Part shown: positions 58,503 to 64,000 of the stretch, piece after piece
How positions within the stretch are numbered: position 1 is the stretch's first letter
Layout: each line of letters begins with the position of its first letter
DNA from: Candidatus Omnitrophota bacterium
GTDB lineage: Bacteria > Omnitrophota > Gorgyraeia > B26-G9
Length of the DNA stretch: 64,000 bases
Direction of reading: 5' to 3'
Assembly (NCBI GenBank): GCA_043814605.1
Contig: JBDRJV010000022.1
Span: 85,305-149,304, forward strand
Program-made: the position numbers and the translations under genes
Notes under the pieces: generated by a model
What the model was told of the DNA's origin: nothing
The model's database searches: none
The model's input: the letters and a program-made list of their open reading frames with translations, nothing else

Positions 58503-58534
58503 GCTCAAAACCCCGGGCTTTATCCCGGGTGAGC
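58503..58534. repeat. GC-rich palindrome (REP-like)
   Basis: GCTCA...CCCGGG-ctttat-CCCGGG-TGAGC. Confidence 0.6.
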
Positions 58535-58535
58535 T

Positions 58536-58940
58536 TCATTTACGGCGGGGTTGCAGTTTAAACCCGTAATCCGCAAAATAAAGCACACACATTGCCACAA
58601 GTAAAATTACCAAGAGCACTGTAATCCCTGAATTTCCAGCAGATTCAATTGTTTCAATACGTGCGGCTAAATTCTGTATTTGCCCGCTGTCTAATTGAGA
58701 AATATATTCTGCTGTCGCTTCTGGGGTTAAGCCCATTTTAGATAATTTTTTCTGGATAATTTCTTGATTAAGAAAACTTTGAATTTTCTCAGCATAAAGG
58801 CTCTGAGTGGATGTTGACTGCAGCGTAATTTGGGAATCAACAGGCATTGCCAAGCAATTGCCCGGTGAAATTCCGCAAAGCACAGCTAAGGTAAGCATTA
58901 ACTTTAAAATCCCTTTTCTTTTCAATAATGCTCCAAGCAT
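58536..58940 (-). CDS. PA2779-like small secreted/membrane protein
   Basis: Signal peptide, helical core (KLSKMGLTPE..ISQL), AG followed by a hydrophobic tail; directly upstream of the C39-TPR peptidase. Confidence 0.7.
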   Translation of the reverse strand: MLGALLKRKGILKLMLTLAVLCGISPGNCLAMPVDSQITLQSTSTQSLYAEKIQSFLNQEIIQKKLSKMGLTPEATAEYISQLDSGQIQNLAARIETIESAGNSGITVLLVILLVAMCVLYFADYGFKLQPRRK

Positions 58941-59156
58941 ATTCTTCCTCCTCTGGTTAAAGAATACATTATTTCTTAAAGATTAATAACCTATCTCAAA
59001 TTATTTCTTTTTACCCGCAGCTTTTCTCAGCTTAATAATAACACATTTTAAAAAAATTAGTCAATAAACATTTTTCCATTATTTTTAACATATATTTTAA
59101 TAAAAATAGACGCTAAAAATTAAAATAATTTATTTTATCTAATGATTCCCCCAAAT

Positions 59157-60836
59157 TTATTCAAACTGTTTAAAATGTATAATATTATGATCCTGTAAAA
59201 TATATTTCAATAATGTTTTCAAAATCCCTAGGCCGTAGATAATTGCCGGCCACAATTTTATACTGGAGGCTTCATCAAAATAACGCGTACGAATCGGGAT
59301 TTCTTCTATCTTGCAATAATTTATTATTGCCTGAACAATAATTTCAAAATCAAAAACAAAACTATCAGCATTATCATTAAATTTAACATTTTTCAAAAAT
59401 TGCGCACTATAAGCCCTAAAGCCGGAATGATATTCACTCAGATAAGTTTTAAGAATTACATTCGATAATGCGGTCAAGAGAATATTCACATTATGTTTCC
59501 AAAGCGGCATGCCTCCGATTAAAGCCCCTCCTTTGAGCATCCGGGATCCAAAAACAGCATCTGCCTGACCGGATTGAATCGGCGCGATTAAATCCGGGAC
59601 AACCCGCGGATCATACTGATAATCAGGGTGAATCATCACTACAATATCCGCCCCTAATTCCAGAGCTTTCTTATAACACGTTTTTTGATTAGCCCCATAT
59701 CCCTGATTTCTTTTATGCACATAAGTTTTAATGCCTAATTCTTTTGCAATTAAAACAGTCGCATCTGTACTCGCATCATCAACTAAAATAATTTCATCCG
59801 TAATATCTTTGGGGATATCATCATACGTTGCTTTTAATGTCTTTGCGGCATTATAAGCCGGAAGCACTACAACAGTCTTCATTTTTTTCCTTATATCCTG
59901 CGAATCAGTTTCCAGTTCACTCAGATACTCTAAAGACCGGCGTTTAACAGCAAAGACCTCTATCTGATCCCTAAAATTTATATTGATTAGCAATTTTTCC
60001 AACCCGCTTATCCGGCTAAAAAACCGCAAAATAAGGTAAATAATTTTACTGTAAGGCCTGGTTCTTTCCAGCCAATATTTGCCGGAAAAACTGCGTGCAT
60101 ATAAACCCCACCGGCAGCTTTTAAAACCCGCTGCATCCAGTAATTTATTCAAAGTTTTTTTAGAAAAATAAAATAAATGATGCTGATTAATCCCCCACCA
60201 CTTTGCCCGCAGCAAGCGGCTGGCTATGCTTTCGATATCCGGGGTATTGATATAAACAACTCCGCGGGGTTTTAAGATTCTTCTGATTTCAATCAAAAGG
60301 TTTCGCGGATCTAAAATATGCTCGATTGTATCATGCAACACAATAACATCATAAAAATTACCCGGTAGTTTTGCTTGCTTTAGTGTTGTCGGCTTCACTT
60401 CTAAACCAAGTTTATCTCGCGCAAATTGTACTGCCCAACGAGAAAGCTCAACCCCGGAAACTTCCCAGCCTTTTTTTCTGGCTTCATCCAGAAAAAACCC
60501 CGTACTACACCCCACATCTAATAAAGCGCTGCCTCTTTTTTTATATATTTCTAGTTTCTTAAGAACTAACCGCGCTGTTCTTCTTCTGCCTGATTCCTCT
60601 TCCAGATATTTTTCATCAATCATTTCCTGGTACTGAGTCAATATTTTATCCGCATTTTCTCCCTGCGGGACAAAAACCAAGCCGCAAGTTACACACTTAA
60701 TTATTTTTTCCGGAGGAATTAAATTTTCTTCTGTAATTAAATACGAATTTTTATTGTCTAAATTTGTCTTTTTCTTTGATCTATACACAATAATATAATG
60801 CTTTGATCCGCATAAATTACAAATTATCTCTTGCAT
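59157..60836 (-). CDS. Class I SAM methyltransferase fused to a DPM1-like GT2
   Basis: CNLC..CVTC, LDVGCSTG, IEH, HLFYFS; C-terminal PAYNA, DDAS, HPDYQY, GSR, HSGFRAY. Confidence 0.88.
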   Translation of the reverse strand: MQEIICNLCGSKHYIIVYRSKKKTNLDNKNSYLITEENLIPPEKIIKCVTCGLVFVPQGENADKILTQYQEMIDEKYLEEESGRRRTARLVLKKLEIYKKRGSALLDVGCSTGFFLDEARKKGWEVSGVELSRWAVQFARDKLGLEVKPTTLKQAKLPGNFYDVIVLHDTIEHILDPRNLLIEIRRILKPRGVVYINTPDIESIASRLLRAKWWGINQHHLFYFSKKTLNKLLDAAGFKSCRWGLYARSFSGKYWLERTRPYSKIIYLILRFFSRISGLEKLLININFRDQIEVFAVKRRSLEYLSELETDSQDIRKKMKTVVVLPAYNAAKTLKATYDDIPKDITDEIILVDDASTDATVLIAKELGIKTYVHKRNQGYGANQKTCYKKALELGADIVVMIHPDYQYDPRVVPDLIAPIQSGQADAVFGSRMLKGGALIGGMPLWKHNVNILLTALSNVILKTYLSEYHSGFRAYSAQFLKNVKFNDNADSFVFDFEIIVQAIINYCKIEEIPIRTRYFDEASSIKLWPAIIYGLGILKTLLKYILQDHNIIHFKQFE

Positions 60837-62811
60837 CAGTTAACCTCAATTTTTTATTTAAAATAGTTAATTCATCATCCGCCGGATTATCCGACTCAAA
60901 ATCATCTCGATAAAAAGGAATTACTTCCTGATCATCACCCGTTACTAAACTAATATTCACACTATATTCGCTTTCCTTAATATTATCAGGAACAAATAAA
61001 GAATAATATTCTTGAACAATAATACCCTGCCCCCAGGCATAAGTAGGAAATATTCTATAGCATAAAGGCCTTATCGTCTTATAACAAAGCTGCCCTTCCT
61101 TATTTTTAATTGTAATAATCATTTTGTAATCACTCTGAATTTTCTCCAAAGCTTTCCAGAAAAACATTAGTTCAATTTTTTGCCCTCCCGGGATATTCAT
61201 TGTCTTTAATTCTTGATAGCCCAGAAACATCAGCCCCTCTTTTGTCTGGGCTTCTCTTAAAGAAACCGCTGAATCCTGAGGCATATTTCTTAAAACTTTA
61301 AAAAGCCTTTGTTTGTTTTTATGTCCGTTTTTTAAAAGCAAAATATTATCCAGTGTTTCTACAATTCCCCATTTATTTGATTTAAAAAAATTAACCATGT
61401 TTGCCTCAGACCTTCCCTTACGATAAAAAGCATTCATCCCGATAGGATCGTTGACATCCAGCAACGCATATTCAATATTTTCCGGTAAAACATACGGCTT
61501 GTAAGAGAGAGTATGAAATCCATTGACCACATAGTGAAATGAATATAATTCTTTCCGATTAGATAGTTGAGGTAAAAAATTAAAGGTAGCAATTACGCTT
61601 GCTGTTTGCGGAATCATCTTTACAAAATTTTCCTTTTGATCATCGAATAGATCACGGTTTGTTTTATTTTTATTAAAAATTATTTCAACAAAAGGGCCAA
61701 AACTGACTGCACAAGTAAAACTGGCGGTGATTAAAAATATTCCGATAATTTCAAAACGTATATTTTTCTTTATCCAGGGAAAGTTCAATAATCTTTTTAT
61801 GCCATAAATCGCCGAGATGAAAATAAACGGCAGCATCTCTGCATCATAATGATATTCAATCAGATATTCAGCCAATCGCGTTGAGAGTAAATGCTGCAGA
61901 AAAACTAAACCTAAAATTAAAATGCGTCCGTCTAGTAGTGAAAAAAAACATACCGGGGCAAATAATTTAAACAGAAACTGGAGCTTTTCCGGGGTAAAAA
62001 TTATATTAATTACCTTTAAAGGATGCATTATAATAAACCCCGTAATTTCCGGTAAAGAATTGCCTAAATGCCGATATATTGTTGAAAATTGAATTGTATC
62101 TTTGTTAAAATGCGGTATCAATATTCCTACCGTAAACAAAAACCAAAATCCGCCTGATAATAGGGGCACTAGCCACCATTTTAAACTTCGTTTTTTGCAA
62201 GCTGCAAAGATACCAAAAGGTATAATTATTAGCGCGATATTTTCCTGAGAAAGCAAGGCCAGCCACATGAATAAAACAAAAATTCTAAATTTATGCTTTA
62301 TAAAAAAATAAAACATAAACGTTAAAAAAGCTGTTGAAAAAACCGTCACATGGAACTCATATAATGCTGTATAGCCCATTGCCGGATAAAGCAAATACGC
62401 AATAACTACAAATAATCCTATCTGCCCATTAAGTTCATCCCGCGCAATTAAAAAAAGCGGATAAGCGGTTAAAGCCAGAAAAAATATTTGCAGAAATACT
62501 AAAGTCAGCGGGCTTTGCAGAAAAATATATAAAGGTGCAAATAAAAATAAAATGAGATGTGCGTGGTGGCCTAAAAAATTTACACCTAGGATAGAAGTAA
62601 AGGAAGAGCCGTGCACAATATTCCAAAGAATATGATTATACGCAGCTAAATCCATATCCAGATAATCAAAACAATAATAGCGGCGAAAACACACAAAGCT
62701 CAATATGCCGGCATAAATACCTATCAAGCTGAAAACAATCCAATCGTAAATATTAATCTTTTTTTGTGTAGACTTCACAAGTTCCATGTGTTTTTTTAAT
62801 TGTGCCCTCAT
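60817..62811 (-). CDS. DUF2079-type membrane protein (GT-C-like)
   Basis: DLAAYNHILW, LGHH, YEFH, multiple TMs, HYDA, PQLSNR. Confidence 0.7.
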   Translation of the reverse strand: MRAQLKKHMELVKSTQKKINIYDWIVFSLIGIYAGILSFVCFRRYYCFDYLDMDLAAYNHILWNIVHGSSFTSILGVNFLGHHAHLILFLFAPLYIFLQSPLTLVFLQIFFLALTAYPLFLIARDELNGQIGLFVVIAYLLYPAMGYTALYEFHVTVFSTAFLTFMFYFFIKHKFRIFVLFMWLALLSQENIALIIIPFGIFAACKKRSLKWWLVPLLSGGFWFLFTVGILIPHFNKDTIQFSTIYRHLGNSLPEITGFIIMHPLKVINIIFTPEKLQFLFKLFAPVCFFSLLDGRILILGLVFLQHLLSTRLAEYLIEYHYDAEMLPFIFISAIYGIKRLLNFPWIKKNIRFEIIGIFLITASFTCAVSFGPFVEIIFNKNKTNRDLFDDQKENFVKMIPQTASVIATFNFLPQLSNRKELYSFHYVVNGFHTLSYKPYVLPENIEYALLDVNDPIGMNAFYRKGRSEANMVNFFKSNKWGIVETLDNILLLKNGHKNKQRLFKVLRNMPQDSAVSLREAQTKEGLMFLGYQELKTMNIPGGQKIELMFFWKALEKIQSDYKMIITIKNKEGQLCYKTIRPLCYRIFPTYAWGQGIIVQEYYSLFVPDNIKESEYSVNISLVTGDDQEVIPFYRDDFESDNPADDELTILNKKLRLTDARDNL

Positions 62812-62949
62812 GAATTCAATATAAGTATTTTGAATTTTATTGTAACATACAATCTATAATACTAAAAGTACAAACTAGCGGAACCAAAAACAAGCGTCTG
62901 ACTGTTTTTTCTCGTTCTGGACATTAACCAGGCTGGGGAATGGGTAACG

Positions 62950-62977
62950 TTGACTTTCAGACTTTTTATGATATAAT
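62950..62977 (+). promoter_or_regulatory. Sigma70 promoter for tRNA-Glu
   Basis: TTGACT, 16-nt spacer, TATAAT with extended TG. Confidence 0.6.
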
Positions 62978-62994
62978 TCAATTACTTAATTTAT

Positions 62995-63022
62995 CCAGGC
63001 AACAGGTTACAGGTAGCAAGCT
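62995..63022. repeat. Heptamer array (ACAGGTT) in the tRNA-Glu leader
   Basis: ccaggca acaggtt acaggta gcaagct; same unit as at 50291. Confidence 0.65.
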
Positions 63023-63071
63023 CTGAAAATAATATTATCTTAAAAACTTATAAACTTACATACCAAAAATT

Positions 63072-63149
63072 GGCCCCATCGTCTAGTCTGGCCTAGGACG
63101 CTAGATTCTCATTCTAGTAACACGGGTTCGAATCCCGTTGGGGCTACCA
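63072..63149 (+). tRNA. tRNA-Glu (CTC)
   Basis: GGCCCCA/TGGGGCT acceptor stem, CTAGA-TTCTCAT-TCTAG anticodon arm, GGTTCGAATCC T arm, CCA. Confidence 0.95.
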
Positions 63150-63155
63150 AAAAAT

Positions 63156-64000
63156 TTAAATTGATCTCTCCAGCAACTCCGAAAAATTTATTTCAGATAA
63201 AAGTTTTAATTTTTTTTGCCTTTGCAACTTAAAGTTCATTTTACCGGATAATAATTGCAAAGGATCAGAGAAATCTGCCTTACGAAATTGTTCATCATAA
63301 AATCTCGTTACATCGCGCGGCAATTGTAAAAAACTTACGTGTAAGTGTGCAATTCCTAAAGAAAACCCTTCCCCAATTATATGCTCACGTATTTCTTCCG
63401 TCCCGATCAAACCTATTACTTGAGACTTATTAAGCCACATCCCTACTTCTAACCCGATTGGCTCGGTATGCGCATAAGCACTGACCAATTGCTTTTCCAG
63501 AAAACGATCGGTATGGCGAACAAAAATTGTATTACCAGAAATAGCCGCAACTATTCCATCAGCGATTACACTAACCGGAATTCCGAACCCTATTTTTTTA
63601 ACTCTACTATCAACAGTTAAATACACCCCTAAATCAATCCCCGAATGACTTTTATCCCTCTTCCCATTATTCATAACTTTGCCTTTGCGAAAATACCAAT
63701 TTTTTGTAGTATCATACAAGGCTCCTTCCGGCAATATCCAGGATTGAAAATCATTTGGTAAATTTTCTTCTAATATCACCGGGCCGGCATTTCTCATTAC
63801 TGTTTGCCAATCCTGGGCAAAAAAGAATGCAGAATCTGCGGCAACTTGCGGTTCCTGATAATAATCAGCAAAATATTTCCGGTAAGAAAAATTAAAGATA
63901 AAAGTCTCTGCATAATTTGTTTTCTGCCCCTTAAGAAAATTCAAATAATCTTCCCAGATTAGCCGGTAAAATTCCCTTCCTACTTTCCCTCTTAAATAAC
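63156..64000 (-). CDS. C-terminal part of a longer protein with an M23 metallopeptidase domain (5' end outside the window)
   Basis: HSGID, YAH and HLH motifs; frame open from the window edge to the stop at 63156. Confidence 0.75.
   Translation of the reverse strand, partial: YLRGKVGREFYRLIWEDYLNFLKGQKTNYAETFIFNFSYRKYFADYYQEPQVAADSAFFFAQDWQTVMRNAGPVILEENLPNDFQSWILPEGALYDTTKNWYFRKGKVMNNGKRDKSHSGIDLGVYLTVDSRVKKIGFGIPVSVIADGIVAAISGNTIFVRHTDRFLEKQLVSAYAHTEPIGLEVGMWLNKSQVIGLIGTEEIREHIIGEGFSLGIAHLHVSFLQLPRDVTRFYDEQFRKADFSDPLQLLSGKMNFKLQRQKKLKLLSEINFSELLERSI

Noticed and set aside
63072-64000. Integrated island at tRNA-Glu
   Set aside because: No integrase or att duplication is visible within the window

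Overview
AT-rich bacterial chromosomal window, mostly transcribed on the - strand. Gene content and the large signal-peptide orphan suggest an anaerobic PVC/Omnitrophota-like organism, but this is inference only. Layout: (1) 1-25 kb is a surface-glycan cluster with a flippase, many GT2/GT4 enzymes, ugd, a UDP-GlcA decarboxylase, an rfbF/rfbG/rfbH plus ThDP-enzyme branched-sugar module, an oxidoreductase/aminotransferase/acyltransferase trio and two B12-radical SAM enzymes. (2) larE, then hisH-[four-helix-bundle gene]-hisF. (3) GT2 plus an SPL-like radical SAM, a frameshifted IS256 with an 8-bp TSD, and tRNA-Phe. (4) nrdR-nrdD-redoxin-nrdG, dCMP deaminase, glyA, rpiB and a TsaC-phosphatase fusion. 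(5) A purB-purL-(GGDEF)-purQ-purM-purD-purE operon. (6) A 1737-aa internally duplicated orphan, a PA2779/PA2778-like pair, glycosylation genes, tRNA-Glu and the end of an M23-domain protein. The most striking unexplained structure is a dispersed family of short 7-nt tandem arrays. They occur in-frame inside enzyme loops (HisF, HisH, a radical SAM), as head-to-head inverted pairs at operon junctions, and alongside an inverted-repeat-flanked four-helix-bundle gene inserted between hisH and hisF. All calls come from motif recognition by eye; no searches were run.
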